DNA from: Candidatus Zixiibacteriota bacterium | Lineage (GTDB): Bacteria; Zixibacteria; MSB-5A5; CAIYYT01 | Assembly: GCA_040235515.1 (NCBI GenBank) | Contig: JBECKX010000195.1 | Span: 15,015 to 79,014, forward strand | Direction: 5' to 3' | Length of the DNA stretch: 64,000 nt | Part shown: positions 40,655 to 50,235 of the stretch, one piece after another | Layout: every line of letters starts with the position of its first letter | Position numbering within the stretch: position 1 is the first letter of the stretch | The notes under the pieces: generated by a model | The model's database searches: none | What the model saw: the letters and a program-made list of their open reading frames with translations, nothing else | What the model was told of the DNA's origin: nothing | Translations under genes and position numbers: made by a program

Positions 40655-41872
40655 ATGACAGCTTCAAGTTCAGTTCTGAACAAGCTCACACTCGACGACC
40701 TCGACCTCAAGGGCCGAAAGGTGTTGATGCGGGTTGACTTCAACGTGCCGCTCAAGGATGGCAAGGTCACCGATGATCTGCGCATCCGTGCCGCGCTGCC
40801 CTCGATCAAGAAGGTGATCGATGAAGGCGGCAAGCTGATCTTGATGTCACACCTGGGTCGCCCCAAGGGGAAGGTTGTTCCGGAGATGAGCCTGCGCCCC
40901 GTCGTGAAGTCGCTCGAAGATCTGATCAATAAGAAGGTCTCATTCGCCGACGATTGCGTTGGACCTTCCGCGGAACAGGCGGTCGCCACGCTGGAAAATG
41001 GGCATGTACTGCTGCTGGAAAACCTCCGCTTTCATGCGGAAGAGGAGGCCAACAACGAAGCTTTTGCGGAGAAACTGGCCTTTCTTGGCGATATCTATGT
41101 GAACGATGCCTTCGGCACAGCCCATCGTGCGCATGCCTCGACCGAGGGAGTGACCAGGTTCTTCGATAAATCCGCCGCCGGCTACCTGATGCGCAAGGAG
41201 TTGGTGTATCTCGGTGGTGCGCTTGAGAATCCCGCCCGCCCATTCGTAGCGCTTCTTGGTGGAGCCAAGATTTCCGGCAAGATCGACGTGATCCAGAATT
41301 TGCTCGGGAAAGTCGACAAAATCCTGATCGGTGGCGGAATGGCATTCACATTCCACAAAGCCAGAGGTGAGGAGATTGGCGGTTCGCTGCTCGAGGAGGA
41401 CAAAGTTGAACTGGCCGGCCGGTTACTCGAATCAGCCAGGACTGCCGGGGTGGAGCTGTTGCTTCCCCTTGATTACCTATGCGCGGAGGCGGTGGACGAG
41501 GCAGCCGCAGTAACAACGTTTAAAGCAGGTGCAATTCCGCCGAACCAGAAAGGTCTCGACATCGGTCCAGCGACCATCGACAAGTTCAAATTCGAACTGG
41601 ATGGGGCCAAGACCGTCGTCTGGAACGGCCCGATGGGTGTGTTCGAGCTCGACAAGTTTGCGCAGGGAACGATGGCGATGGCCAGGGCTCTCGCTGATCT
41701 CGGCGACAAGGATGCGACCACTATCGTCGGTGGTGGGGACTCGGCAGCTGCCGTGGCCAAGAGTGGACTCGAGCACAAGTTCTCTCATATCTCCACTGGA
41801 GGAGGGGCTTCGCTGGAGTTTCTCGAGGGGAAGGTCCTGCCCGGAGTGGCCGCACTGACCGATAAGGGATAG
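40655..41872 (+). CDS. pgk: Phosphoglycerate kinase
   Basis: ..[10 protein letters not shown].. ..GGGASLE.. Start at MTASSS immediately after the gap stop; the longer ORF (from 40604) overlaps gap. Confidence 0.95.
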   Translation: MTASSSVLNKLTLDDLDLKGRKVLMRVDFNVPLKDGKVTDDLRIRAALPSIKKVIDEGGKLILMSHLGRPKGKVVPEMSLRPVVKSLEDLINKKVSFADDCVGPSAEQAVATLENGHVLLLENLRFHAEEEANNEAFAEKLAFLGDIYVNDAFGTAHRAHASTEGVTRFFDKSAAGYLMRKELVYLGGALENPARPFVALLGGAKISGKIDVIQNLLGKVDKILIGGGMAFTFHKARGEEIGGSLLEEDKVELAGRLLESARTAGVELLLPLDYLCAEAVDEAAAVTTFKAGAIPPNQKGLDIGPATIDKFKFELDGAKTVVWNGPMGVFELDKFAQGTMAMARALADLGDKDATTIVGGGDSAAAVAKSGLEHKFSHISTGGGASLEFLEGKVLPGVAALTDKG

Positions 41873-41885
41873 TTGGAGTAAGTCA

Positions 41886-42641
41886 ATGACTCGTAAGAAG
41901 ATTATAGCTGGAAACTGGAAGATGCACACTTCGCCGGAGGAAGCGTTCGAACTCGCTTCCGCGATCGGGCGCCATGTCATGGGTCAAACGACCCCGGTAG
42001 TTGTGCTTTGTCCGCCTTATACTTCCATCTCCGCCGCCAAATCGGCGGTTAAGAATACGGAGGTCAAGATCGGTGGACAGGATATGTACTGGAAGGAATC
42101 TGGCGCTTATACCGGAGAGGTGAGCGGGAGAATGCTGTTGACTTCGGGCTGTTCCTACGTTATTTTGGGACACTCGGAACGAAGGCAACTCTTCTACGAG
42201 ACCAATATTACGGTCAACACCAAGCTGAAAGCCGCCCTTGATGTGGGGCTGACACCGATCGTCTGTGTCGGCGAAACATTGGAGGAACGGGAAGCCGGTT
42301 TGATGGAGAACGTAATCCGGGAACAGGTGCTCGGATGTTTCGAAGGAATTCAACCCGCGGACTTTGCGAAAACGGTCATCGCGTACGAGCCGGTCTGGGC
42401 AATCGGAACCGGCAAGACCGCGACGCCGGCGCAAGCCGAAGAGGTTCACAGCCGGATTCGCGAATTGCTGCGTAACAACTACGCAGAGCAGATCGAGCAC
42501 ACCTCGATCCTGTACGGCGGTTCGGTTAAGCCCGATAACGCCGCGGAGTTGTTTGCACAACCGAATATTGATGGCGGTCTAGTTGGCGGCGCCAGCCTGA
42601 AAGCTGATTCGTTCATACCGATCATCGCTGCCGCAAGCTGA
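41886..42641 (+). CDS. tpiA: Triose-phosphate isomerase
   Basis: ..IAGNWKMH.. ..ILGHSERR.. ..AYEPVWAIGTGKTA.. Confidence 0.95.
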   Translation: MTRKKIIAGNWKMHTSPEEAFELASAIGRHVMGQTTPVVVLCPPYTSISAAKSAVKNTEVKIGGQDMYWKESGAYTGEVSGRMLLTSGCSYVILGHSERRQLFYETNITVNTKLKAALDVGLTPIVCVGETLEEREAGLMENVIREQVLGCFEGIQPADFAKTVIAYEPVWAIGTGKTATPAQAEEVHSRIRELLRNNYAEQIEHTSILYGGSVKPDNAAELFAQPNIDGGLVGGASLKADSFIPIIAAAS

Positions 42642-42664
42642 ACCGCGAAGGAGGATAGAGCTAA

Positions 42665-43114
42665 GTGTACCCGATCTTGATTATTGTCCATGTCATCATT
42701 TGCGCCGGACTGATTCTGGTCGTTTTGATGCAATCGGCTAAAGGTGATGGCCTGGCCGGAATGTTTGGCGGTGGCGCCGGACTCAGTGGCGCCGTATTCG
42801 GTGGCCGCGGCGCTGCGACGTTTCTGTCGAAGTCAACCTCGGTGCTGGCGGCGGCCTTTATCATCAGCAGTATCGTCCTGACTCTTGCTTCTCGCGGCAC
42901 GATCTCCGGGGGTGTTGGAGCAGGCGAATCGGCCGTCGAACGCGTGATCAACGAACAGCAGCGGCAGATGCCTGCGACCACTGCACCGACACAGGGTACG
43001 CAAGACCCGGCCCAGCAACAGGCTCTTCCACAGTCTGGTGATCAGGGTAGCGAGGGCGGCACTCAACTTCCGAGCGGATCTGATGATGCCGGTAACGCCG
43101 GTGGCGGAAACTAG
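42665..43114 (+). CDS. secG: Preprotein translocase subunit SecG with extended Q/G/S-rich C-terminal tail
   Basis: Two TM helices with a Gly-rich loop (..LMQSAKGDGLAGMFGGGAGLSGAVFGG..). Conserved gap-pgk-tpiA-secG synteny. Confidence 0.8.
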   Translation: MYPILIIVHVIICAGLILVVLMQSAKGDGLAGMFGGGAGLSGAVFGGRGAATFLSKSTSVLAAAFIISSIVLTLASRGTISGGVGAGESAVERVINEQQRQMPATTAPTQGTQDPAQQQALPQSGDQGSEGGTQLPSGSDDAGNAGGGN

Positions 43115-43146
43115 TCACGCCAGCTAAAGCAGTATCCAGCAGATAT

Positions 43147-43182
43147 TTAAACCCGGTGGCACTGGCTGCCGGGTTTTCTTTT
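43147..43182 (+). terminator. Rho-independent terminator downstream of secG
   Basis: AAACCCGG-12 nt loop-CCGGGTTT followed by TCTTTTTG. Confidence 0.6.
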
Positions 43183-43229
43183 TGTGGTCGCTGGCATCCC
43201 TGCATCAACCCGCTGTGCAAAAAAGGGAC

Positions 43230-43257
43230 TTGACAGGTTTACGAACCCCGATATATT
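43230..43257 (+). promoter_or_regulatory. Sigma70-like promoter of the trp/aro supraoperon (TTGACA-16-TATATT)
   Basis: TTGACA at 43230-35 and TATATT at 43252-57. The leader-peptide ATG follows ~10 nt downstream. Confidence 0.5.
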
Positions 43258-43266
43258 TCTTTCAAC

Positions 43267-43392
43267 ATGAATACTTCAACCCTCTTCACCATCCTTTTTA
43301 GCGCTGCATTTGTCAGCTTTAGCCTTTATACCAGCCTCTGGTATTTCTGGTGGTATAGTCAAGTTGTGGATGGTGAACCGATTTCGGTATAG
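43267..43392 (+). CDS. trpL: trp operon leader peptide (41 aa, ..SLWYFWWYSQ.. with three Trp codons)
   Basis: ATG 43267 to TAG 43390-92 encodes MNTSTLFTILFSAAFVSFSLYTSLWYFWWYSQVVDGEPISV. Trp codons at 43339, 43348 and 43351, immediately upstream of a terminator hairpin and trpE. Confidence 0.7.
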   Translation: MNTSTLFTILFSAAFVSFSLYTSLWYFWWYSQVVDGEPISV

Positions 43393-43419
43393 GCGCGAAG
43401 TAGCCGATAGTGAAAATCG

Positions 43420-43455
43420 AGCCCACCGTCCGCAAGGATGGTGGGCTTTTTCTTT
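43420..43455 (+). terminator. trp attenuator: 12-bp stem (AGCCCACCGTCC / GGATGGTGGGCT) with GCAA tetraloop followed by TTTTTCTTT
   Basis: Read directly from the sequence. An alternative pairing partner GGATGGTG exists at 43368-75 (anti-terminator), with its complement CACCATCC at 43287-94. Confidence 0.7.
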
Positions 43456-43475
43456 ATGCTTCAGCACGGAGCAAG

Positions 43476-44972
43476 ATGCTCCGACAAAATGGAGACACCG
43501 TGAATATTCTCGAAGCAGTTTCAGACAGCAGCCATGGGCGCAGGATATCTCTTGAGTATACCGAGATAGATCTGCCCGGCGATATCGAGACTCCTGTTTC
43601 GGCGTATTTGAAGCTCCGAAAACTGGGAGCTTGCTTCCTGCTGGAATCGGCGGAAGATCCTACCTCGATCGGTAGGTACACATTCATCGGAATCGCGCCC
43701 CTGCTGACGCTCGAATTGGGCGACAACAGCACTCTCATAAATGCCGGCAGCGATAAAATCACTATCGAGCATAAATCAGCCCTCCAGCCATTCAGCGGCC
43801 TGCAGCGGATTCTCGATACCTTTACGGTCAAGAAACAGCAGGCAGAACTTCCACTCCTGGGCGGGCTGGTCGGGTTCACATCCTACGAAATCGTCAAGTT
43901 CTTCGAACCACGTCTGCAACCGCTTCTCCCAACTTCTGAATACCCACTCGGACTATACTACTTCGTAGATACCCTGCTCGTTTTCGATCATTATACTCGT
44001 CGCATGCGGCTGCTGCGGCTCCAGCACGAAGGAGAGAGCTTGACCGGCGGCGCGCATCAGGTCACACTCGACGAAATCCGTGAGGCGCTTGCGGGACAGA
44101 TCGAGCGTCGCGATACGGCACTCGAATCGATCCACAACGGCTACCACTCCAATTTCGAGCAGCCGCAATTCGAAGAGATTGTCGAGAAGGCCCAGAAACA
44201 TATCTTCGCCGGAGATATCTTCCAGGTTGTCGTGTCGCAGCGCGAGACGCATAAGACTACGGTTGACCCATTCTATGTCTACCGCGCCCTGCGGATGCTC
44301 AATCCCTCGCCCTATATGTTCTATCTGCAATTCGACAATCTGGAGTTGATCGGCTCCTCGCCGGAAGCTCTGGTAAAGCTGCAGGGGCGACGCGCCCTGG
44401 TGCGACCAATTGCAGGCACCCGCCGACGCGGGCGCAGCGAGGAAGAGGATCATGAGCTTGCCCGCGAACTGAAACAGAACGAGAAGGAGCGAGCCGAACA
44501 TATCATGCTTGTCGATCTTGGCCGCAATGACCTCGGCCGCGTTTGCGATTACGGGAGTGTGAATGTCTCCTCGCTGATGCGCCTGGAGCACTATTCGCAT
44601 GTCATGCATCTGACTTCGGTCGTAGAGGGCACGCTCAATAAAGAGTTTAATCAATTCGACCTGCTGCGCTCGACCTTCCCGGCAGGCACGGTCTCCGGTG
44701 CTCCGAAGTTACGGGCGATGGAGATCATCGCCGACCTGGAGCGCCAGCAACGTGGACCGTATGCCGGCGCCGTGGGTTATTTCTCCCTCTCCGGCGATAT
44801 CGACATGTGTATCACTATCCGCACGATCGTGAAGCGGGGGGACTCGGTACACTTGCAGGGGGGAGCTGGTATTGTCGCCGACTCGGTTCCGGAACAGGAA
44901 TACAAAGAGACCCGCAACAAGATCGCCGCGCTCAAGCAGGCTGTTCAACTCGCTGAGGAGGGGAAGCTATGA
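43476..44972 (+). CDS. trpE: Anthranilate synthase component I
   Basis: ..[12 protein letters not shown].. ..[15 protein letters not shown].. ..GAVGYFS..GD.D..I.IRT.. Start at MLRQNG with a GGAG RBS; the ORF-track ATG at 43410 lies inside the attenuator hairpin. Confidence 0.9.
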   Translation: MLRQNGDTVNILEAVSDSSHGRRISLEYTEIDLPGDIETPVSAYLKLRKLGACFLLESAEDPTSIGRYTFIGIAPLLTLELGDNSTLINAGSDKITIEHKSALQPFSGLQRILDTFTVKKQQAELPLLGGLVGFTSYEIVKFFEPRLQPLLPTSEYPLGLYYFVDTLLVFDHYTRRMRLLRLQHEGESLTGGAHQVTLDEIREALAGQIERRDTALESIHNGYHSNFEQPQFEEIVEKAQKHIFAGDIFQVVVSQRETHKTTVDPFYVYRALRMLNPSPYMFYLQFDNLELIGSSPEALVKLQGRRALVRPIAGTRRRGRSEEEDHELARELKQNEKERAEHIMLVDLGRNDLGRVCDYGSVNVSSLMRLEHYSHVMHLTSVVEGTLNKEFNQFDLLRSTFPAGTVSGAPKLRAMEIIADLERQQRGPYAGAVGYFSLSGDIDMCITIRTIVKRGDSVHLQGGAGIVADSVPEQEYKETRNKIAALKQAVQLAEEGKL

Positions 44973-45541
44973 TCCTCTTCATCGACAACTACGACTCTTT
45001 CACCTACAATCTGGTGCAGTACATCGGAATGCATAACCGTGATCTGCGGATCGTGCGCCCCGATCAAGCCAGCATAGAGCAGATCGAAGAGATGCATCCC
45101 GACCGCATCGTCATCTCTCCCGGACCGGGGCATCCCCGCGACGCCAAATTGTCACTGGAGGTGATTCGGAGATTCCATCAGAGCACCCCGATTCTCGGTG
45201 TCTGCCTGGGTCACCAATGCATCGCGGAAGCGTTTGGCGGTGAGGTCCGTTCTGCTGAGCACCTCGTACACGGCAAGACCTCCGATATCTACCATCGCAA
45301 GAAGGGCATTCTTGCCGGACTGCCGAATCCATTCACCGCTACACGCTACCACTCGCTTGTGGTAGCCGAGGAGAGTCTGCCTCCCGAACTCGAGGTGGTG
45401 GCTTACACTTCCGATGGCGAGCTGATGGGGCTCCGGCACAAGTCGGCGCCACTCTACGGCGTCCAGTTCCACCCCGAGTCGATTCTTACAAATGACGGAA
45501 TGCAGATCATCACCAATTTCCTGGAGGTGAAAGTATGGTAG
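44969..45541 (+). CDS. trpG: Anthranilate synthase component II (glutamine amidotransferase)
   Basis: [18 protein letters not shown].. ..GVCLGHQ.. catalytic Cys. 4-nt overlap with trpE. Confidence 0.9.
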   Translation: MILFIDNYDSFTYNLVQYIGMHNRDLRIVRPDQASIEQIEEMHPDRIVISPGPGHPRDAKLSLEVIRRFHQSTPILGVCLGHQCIAEAFGGEVRSAEHLVHGKTSDIYHRKKGILAGLPNPFTATRYHSLVVAEESLPPELEVVAYTSDGELMGLRHKSAPLYGVQFHPESILTNDGMQIITNFLEVKVW

Positions 45542-46551
45542 CGGAAGCCCTCAGGAAACTAGCGGAACGGCAATCGCTGACCAAGGCGGAGACAGCGGCT
45601 TTTATAGACGAGGTGGCGGGGGATAACGTCACCGATGCCCAGATCAGCGGATTCCTCCTCGGTTTGCGGATCAAGGGCGAAACGACGGCCGAAATCGCCG
45701 GGTGCGTGGAGTCGCTGCGCCGGCATGCTACCGCAGTTCCTCATTCACAGAGCGATCTCTTTGACTGCTGCGGAACGGGTGGTGACGGCAAGAGCACCTT
45801 CAACATTTCCACCGCGGCGTCGCTGGTCACCGCTGCCTGTGGCGTGCCGACGGCAAAGCATGGCAACAGGGCGGTCAGTTCCCGCTGCGGTTCAGCAGAT
45901 TTGCTGGAAGGCGCGGGAATGTATCTGCACCTTTCACCGGAAGCTTCCGCGCGGATGCTGGATGAACTCGGCTACTGTTTCCTCTTTGCGCCCGGCTACC
46001 ATCCTGCAACCCGGCGCGTGGCGCAGGTTCGCCGCGAGTTGGGAGTTCGTACGATTTTTAACCTGATCGGACCTCTCCTCAATCCGGCGCGAGCGACGCG
46101 GCAGGTGATAGGTACACCGAGCCTTGAAGTCGCCCAGCTGCTCGCATCCGTCAGCGATCAGGTTGAGGGAATCAGCATCACGACGATTTACAACTCCCTC
46201 GGTTACGATGAACTCCTGCCAACCGGCACCAACCATAGCTTTGCCGTCGACGACGAGGGTATCAGACAGGATACAATTGAGCTTCCCCTCAGCCTGAGTA
46301 ACGGTTTTGACCCGGCTGACATTGCAGGGGGAGACAAAACTGAGAATCTGGCGATTCTTCAATCCCTCCTGGCCGGTGAGGATTCCGCCTACCTGAAGGC
46401 GACCGCTCTGAATGCCGCGATGGGTCTCGTCGTCTCAAGAGTAGCGAGTGACCTTGAAGAAGGTTATCATTTCGCTGAGAGCGCCCTCAAGGAGGGCAAA
46501 GTCAGAAAGCTACTCAAGGATGTTGTTGAGTATTCGCAGGAGGCGAAATAG
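45535..46551 (+). CDS. trpD: Anthranilate phosphoribosyltransferase
   Basis: ..CGTGGDGKSTFNISTAA.. ..KHGNRAVSS.. Confidence 0.9.
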   Translation: MVAEALRKLAERQSLTKAETAAFIDEVAGDNVTDAQISGFLLGLRIKGETTAEIAGCVESLRRHATAVPHSQSDLFDCCGTGGDGKSTFNISTAASLVTAACGVPTAKHGNRAVSSRCGSADLLEGAGMYLHLSPEASARMLDELGYCFLFAPGYHPATRRVAQVRRELGVRTIFNLIGPLLNPARATRQVIGTPSLEVAQLLASVSDQVEGISITTIYNSLGYDELLPTGTNHSFAVDDEGIRQDTIELPLSLSNGFDPADIAGGDKTENLAILQSLLAGEDSAYLKATALNAAMGLVVSRVASDLEEGYHFAESALKEGKVRKLLKDVVEYSQEAK

Positions 46552-47319
46552 ATGCTTAATGAAATCATCGATCATTGTCGCGTTGAGATCGTCGAAAAGG
46601 ATCGCGCCGCATGGGAGGCTGAAATTGCCCGGAAGCTGGAACATGCCACCCCACCACCAAGCTTCAGCAAAGCGATAGATACTGCGTCGGAGTCTTTCAT
46701 CTTCGAGATAAAGCGCAAAGCCCCCTCTTATCGGGGTGCGGAGTTCAACGTCGACTCACTCGAGATGGCACGCTTCTATCAGGAGAACGGCGCTGCCGCC
46801 ATCAGTGTGCTCACGGAACCAAACTACTTCGGTGGCAGCCTCTCCGACCTGGAGAGAGTGGCAGCCGCGGTGACGGTTCCGGTTCTGCGCAAAGATTTCA
46901 TTATCGACGAACTGCAGATTGCGGAAGCGAAAGCCTTCGGAGCGGCGGCAGTGTTATTGATCGCTGCCGTGCTGCGCGGTGCGATGCTGAGGCAGTTCGT
47001 GAAGGAGGCGGAGCGGGTTGGCATCGATGCCCTGGTGGAGGTGCACACCCGGGAGGAACTCGAGCAGGCTCTCGACTCCGGGGCGCGGATCATCGGCGTG
47101 AACAACCGCAATCTGCACACGATGGAGATCGACATGAACCTCGGCGAGAGAATCTTAAACCAGATTCCGGCAGGCCATCTCAAAGTCGCCGAGAGCGGGT
47201 TCGCCCGGCGTGCCGACATTACGAGATTTCGAATGGTGGGAGCGGATGCGTTTCTCATCGGTTCTTCCATAATGCAATCTGATGATCCGGCCAGGACTAT
47301 CAGAGAGTTGAGGGGTTAA
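46552..47319 (+). CDS. trpC: Indole-3-glycerol phosphate synthase
   Basis: ..FIFEIKRKAPS.. ..ISVLTE..F.GS.. ..PVLRKDFIID..Q.. ..IGVNNRNL.. Confidence 0.9.
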   Translation: MLNEIIDHCRVEIVEKDRAAWEAEIARKLEHATPPPSFSKAIDTASESFIFEIKRKAPSYRGAEFNVDSLEMARFYQENGAAAISVLTEPNYFGGSLSDLERVAAAVTVPVLRKDFIIDELQIAEAKAFGAAAVLLIAAVLRGAMLRQFVKEAERVGIDALVEVHTREELEQALDSGARIIGVNNRNLHTMEIDMNLGERILNQIPAGHLKVAESGFARRADITRFRMVGADAFLIGSSIMQSDDPARTIRELRG

Positions 47320-47909
47320 TGACGAAAGTGAAGATTTGTGGGATTACTTCGGTTGAGGATGCGATGCTGGCGGTGGAAGCCGGCGCTGATTACCTGGGGT
47401 TGGTACTCGCAAAATCTCCACGACAGGTCAAGAACAATATGGTTGCAAGGATTTCAGAGGAGGTCGCCGAGCGTGTACCGATCGTCGGGGTGTTTGCGGA
47501 ATTCGAGGAGATGAGGCGATTCCTCACCTCGGACGGCACCGAACTCGATTACTATCAAGTGTACTTTAAGGTGCCCCAGGCGATCATGCGACCTCCGAAG
47601 ATCGGCTGGATTCGCAGCTTCATGATCGAGCCCGACACCGAGGAGCTTCCCTTTGTTCACCAGGATCATATTCTGCTCGATTTCAAACAGGTCAATACGA
47701 GGAGGATGAACGATTTGCTCAAACAGGATACCGAACTGGTTCAGGAGAAAACGTTCCTCGCCGGTGGACTTGACAAGAGCAACGTTGGCCGGATCGTGAG
47801 GAAACATAGGCCGTTCGCTGTTGATGTCGCCCGCGGTACGGAACGCGAGCCGGGGCACAAGGATCCCGAACTCGTGCATCAATTCATCGAGAGGGTACGC
47901 AATGCCTGA
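47319..47909 (+). CDS. trpF: Phosphoribosylanthranilate isomerase
   Basis: [25 protein letters not shown].. Confidence 0.85.
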   Translation: MTKVKICGITSVEDAMLAVEAGADYLGLVLAKSPRQVKNNMVARISEEVAERVPIVGVFAEFEEMRRFLTSDGTELDYYQVYFKVPQAIMRPPKIGWIRSFMIEPDTEELPFVHQDHILLDFKQVNTRRMNDLLKQDTELVQEKTFLAGGLDKSNVGRIVRKHRPFAVDVARGTEREPGHKDPELVHQFIERVRNA

Positions 47910-49083
47910 GTTGAAGAAGCGCGGATATTATGGTCAGTATGGCGGTCAGTTCGTGCCCGAGACGCTGGTAGCGGCGCTCCACGAGCTGGAGGCACAGTAT
48001 GAGCAGGTGCGCAACGACGAAGACTTCAACGTCCGGCTGGCAATCCTCCTGCGCGATTTTGGCGGCCGTCCCACCCCACTCTACTTCGCCGAAAATCTGA
48101 CCAGGCTCTGGGGTGGCGCAAAGATATACCTGAAGCGGGAAGACCTTAACCATACCGGTGCGCATAAAATCAATAACTGCCTCGGTCAGGCGTTGCTCGC
48201 CCGCCGCCTCGGTAAGCAGAGGGTTGTCGCCGAAACCGGCGCGGGTCAGCATGGTACCGCAACCGCTGCTGCGTGTGCCCGCCTTGGTCTGCAATGCGTC
48301 GTTTACATGGGTACGCATGACATGCAACGGCAGTTGCCGAACGTGCAGAGGATGCGATTGCTCGGTGCAGAGGTTGTTCCGGTGGAGGCTGGTCTCGGTA
48401 CACTCAAGGAAGCCACCTCTGAGGCGATCCGTGACTGGGTTACCAATGTGCGGAATACGCACTACATCATCGGTTCGACCGTCGGCCCTCACCCATACCC
48501 ATTGATCGTGAAGGAATTCCAGTCGGTGATAGGTCGTGAATTGAAGCAACAGTTTCAGGAACGCGAGGGATCATTGCCCGATCTGATCGTCGCCTGCATC
48601 GGGGGCGGCTCAAACTCTATGGGGATATTTGCAGACTTTCTCGATGAGAAAGCGGTCAGGTTGGTTGGTGTCGAATCAGCCGGCGAGGAACTGACGGCAG
48701 GAAAACATGCGGCTCCGCTTGCGCTGGGCTCACCGGGGGTCTTGCATGGGTCACGTACATATATACTTCAGGATGAGGATGGCCAAATCGAACTGACGAC
48801 TACCCTTAGCGCCGGCCTCGACTATCCCGGCGTAGGCCCGGAGCATTCGTATCTCAAAGACTCAGGCCGCGTCGAGTATGTCTCAGTCACAGACAAAGAA
48901 GCAGTTGCCGCGTTCAAGTTGCTTTGCCGCGAAGAAGGCATTATTCCGGCGCTGGAGTCGAGCTTCGCTGTGGCACACGCCGCCCGAATTGCCGGCGATG
49001 TGAAGGGCGCCATTGTGATTAACCTCTCAGGACGCGGTGACAAGGATTTACAGAGTGTCAACGACTACGATGAAAAGCAATAA
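47902..49083 (+). CDS. trpB: Tryptophan synthase beta chain
   Basis: ..GQFVPETL.. ..HTGAHKINN.. PLP site ..GGGSN.. Start at MPELKK, overlapping the trpF stop (ATGCCTGA). Confidence 0.95.
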   Translation: MPELKKRGYYGQYGGQFVPETLVAALHELEAQYEQVRNDEDFNVRLAILLRDFGGRPTPLYFAENLTRLWGGAKIYLKREDLNHTGAHKINNCLGQALLARRLGKQRVVAETGAGQHGTATAAACARLGLQCVVYMGTHDMQRQLPNVQRMRLLGAEVVPVEAGLGTLKEATSEAIRDWVTNVRNTHYIIGSTVGPHPYPLIVKEFQSVIGRELKQQFQEREGSLPDLIVACIGGGSNSMGIFADFLDEKAVRLVGVESAGEELTAGKHAAPLALGSPGVLHGSRTYILQDEDGQIELTTTLSAGLDYPGVGPEHSYLKDSGRVEYVSVTDKEAVAAFKLLCREEGIIPALESSFAVAHAARIAGDVKGAIVINLSGRGDKDLQSVNDYDEKQ

Positions 49084-49873
49084 GCTCAGTGCGACATTCG
49101 CGCGCTGCAAAGCAGAGGGAAGAGCTGCGCTCATGCCCTTCCTGACCTGTGGCTACCCCTCCCTGAGCAGATTCGAGGAGATCACACAGGGCGTCGTTGC
49201 CGCCGGGGCAGATGTGCTCGAGATTGGATTCCCGCATTCCGACCCGCTTGCCGATGGTCCGGTTATCCAGAAGGCATCCCACGTCGCTTTAGAACAAGGC
49301 TTCAAAGTCACAGCAGCCTTTGCGGCGCTGCAGCGTCTCTCAGGCTTGGGCGTCCCACTCGTCGTGATGTGTTACAGCAATGTCGTGTTGCGCTATGGCC
49401 TCGAACGCTTCATCTCCGAGGCGGCGAGCAGTGGCGTCGCGGGTTTGATCGTTCCAGATATGATTGTTGAAGAGAGCGATGCAGCCCGCAGCCTGTGCCG
49501 GCAGCATGGCGTGGATTTCATCAATTTGATCACGCCGACAACTTCAAGTGCCAGGGCGAAGGATATCGTCGCCGCAAGCAGCGGGTTTATCTATGTCGTC
49601 AGCGTCACAGGCACAACCGGTGCGCGAACCGAACTCGATCCCAATTTGCCGAAGATGGTGAGCCTGCTGAAATCGCAATCGGAAATCCCGGTCTGTATCG
49701 GTTTCGGCGTCTCCTCCCCCGAGATGGCAGCCCAACTCTCCGAAATCGCGGATGGCGTAATCGTTGGCAGCAAGCTGCTGAACCTGATTGACGCAGCGAA
49801 GGCGGGAACGGAACAGGACAAAGCAATCGAGTTCGTAAGGCAATTACGTCAGGCAGTAGAGAGGAAACAATGA
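49070..49873 (+). CDS. trpA: Tryptophan synthase alpha chain
   Basis: ..[11 protein letters not shown].. ..[15 protein letters not shown].. ..GFGVSS.. Start at MKSNKL, overlapping the trpB stop. Confidence 0.9.
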   Translation: MKSNKLSATFARCKAEGRAALMPFLTCGYPSLSRFEEITQGVVAAGADVLEIGFPHSDPLADGPVIQKASHVALEQGFKVTAAFAALQRLSGLGVPLVVMCYSNVVLRYGLERFISEAASSGVAGLIVPDMIVEESDAARSLCRQHGVDFINLITPTTSSARAKDIVAASSGFIYVVSVTGTTGARTELDPNLPKMVSLLKSQSEIPVCIGFGVSSPEMAAQLSEIADGVIVGSKLLNLIDAAKAGTEQDKAIEFVRQLRQAVERKQ

Positions 49874-50235
49874 TCAGAGGAATCCGGGGTGCAATCTGTG
49901 TCGAGGCGAATACGAGGGAGGCGATCCATGCTGCCACCCGCCGCTTGCTCGAACAGATATTTGCCGCCAACGAGGTCGACACCGAAGCCATCGCTTCTAT
50001 TTTCATCACCGCCACCCCTGACCTCAATGCCGACTTCCCGGCCTACGCCGCCCGCGAAATGGGTCTGACGCTGGTGCCGTTGATGTGTACGATTGAACTC
50101 GATATCCCCGGCGCGATGCAACGTGTGATACGCGTACTGGTTCACATAAATACCGACAAGTCGCAAGCAGAGATCAAACACCAGTACCTGGGCGATGCCG
50201 CCAGTTTGCGACCCGACCTTTCAGGAGAGAAGTAA
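49870..50235 (+). CDS. aroH: Chorismate mutase, AroH class (monofunctional)
   Basis: [15 protein letters not shown]......L...........E..ASIFITATPDLNADFPA.AARE.G......MC..E.D.PG....IRVL.H..TD..Q.EI.H.YLG.A..LRPDL matches the B. subtilis AroH pattern. Confidence 0.85.
   Translation: MIRGIRGAICVEANTREAIHAATRRLLEQIFAANEVDTEAIASIFITATPDLNADFPAYAAREMGLTLVPLMCTIELDIPGAMQRVIRVLVHINTDKSQAEIKHQYLGDAASLRPDLSGEK

Noticed and set aside
41477-41980. 167-aa minus-strand ORF across the pgk/tpiA junction
   Set aside because: Antisense to two highly conserved glycolytic genes. No independent support.
43410-43475. ORF-track start of trpE at ATG 43410 (MKIEPTVRKDGGLFLYASARSK..)
   Set aside because: These codons lie inside the attenuator hairpin and its U-tract. 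A downstream in-frame ATG at 43476 has a GGAG RBS and gives a normal TrpE N-terminus.
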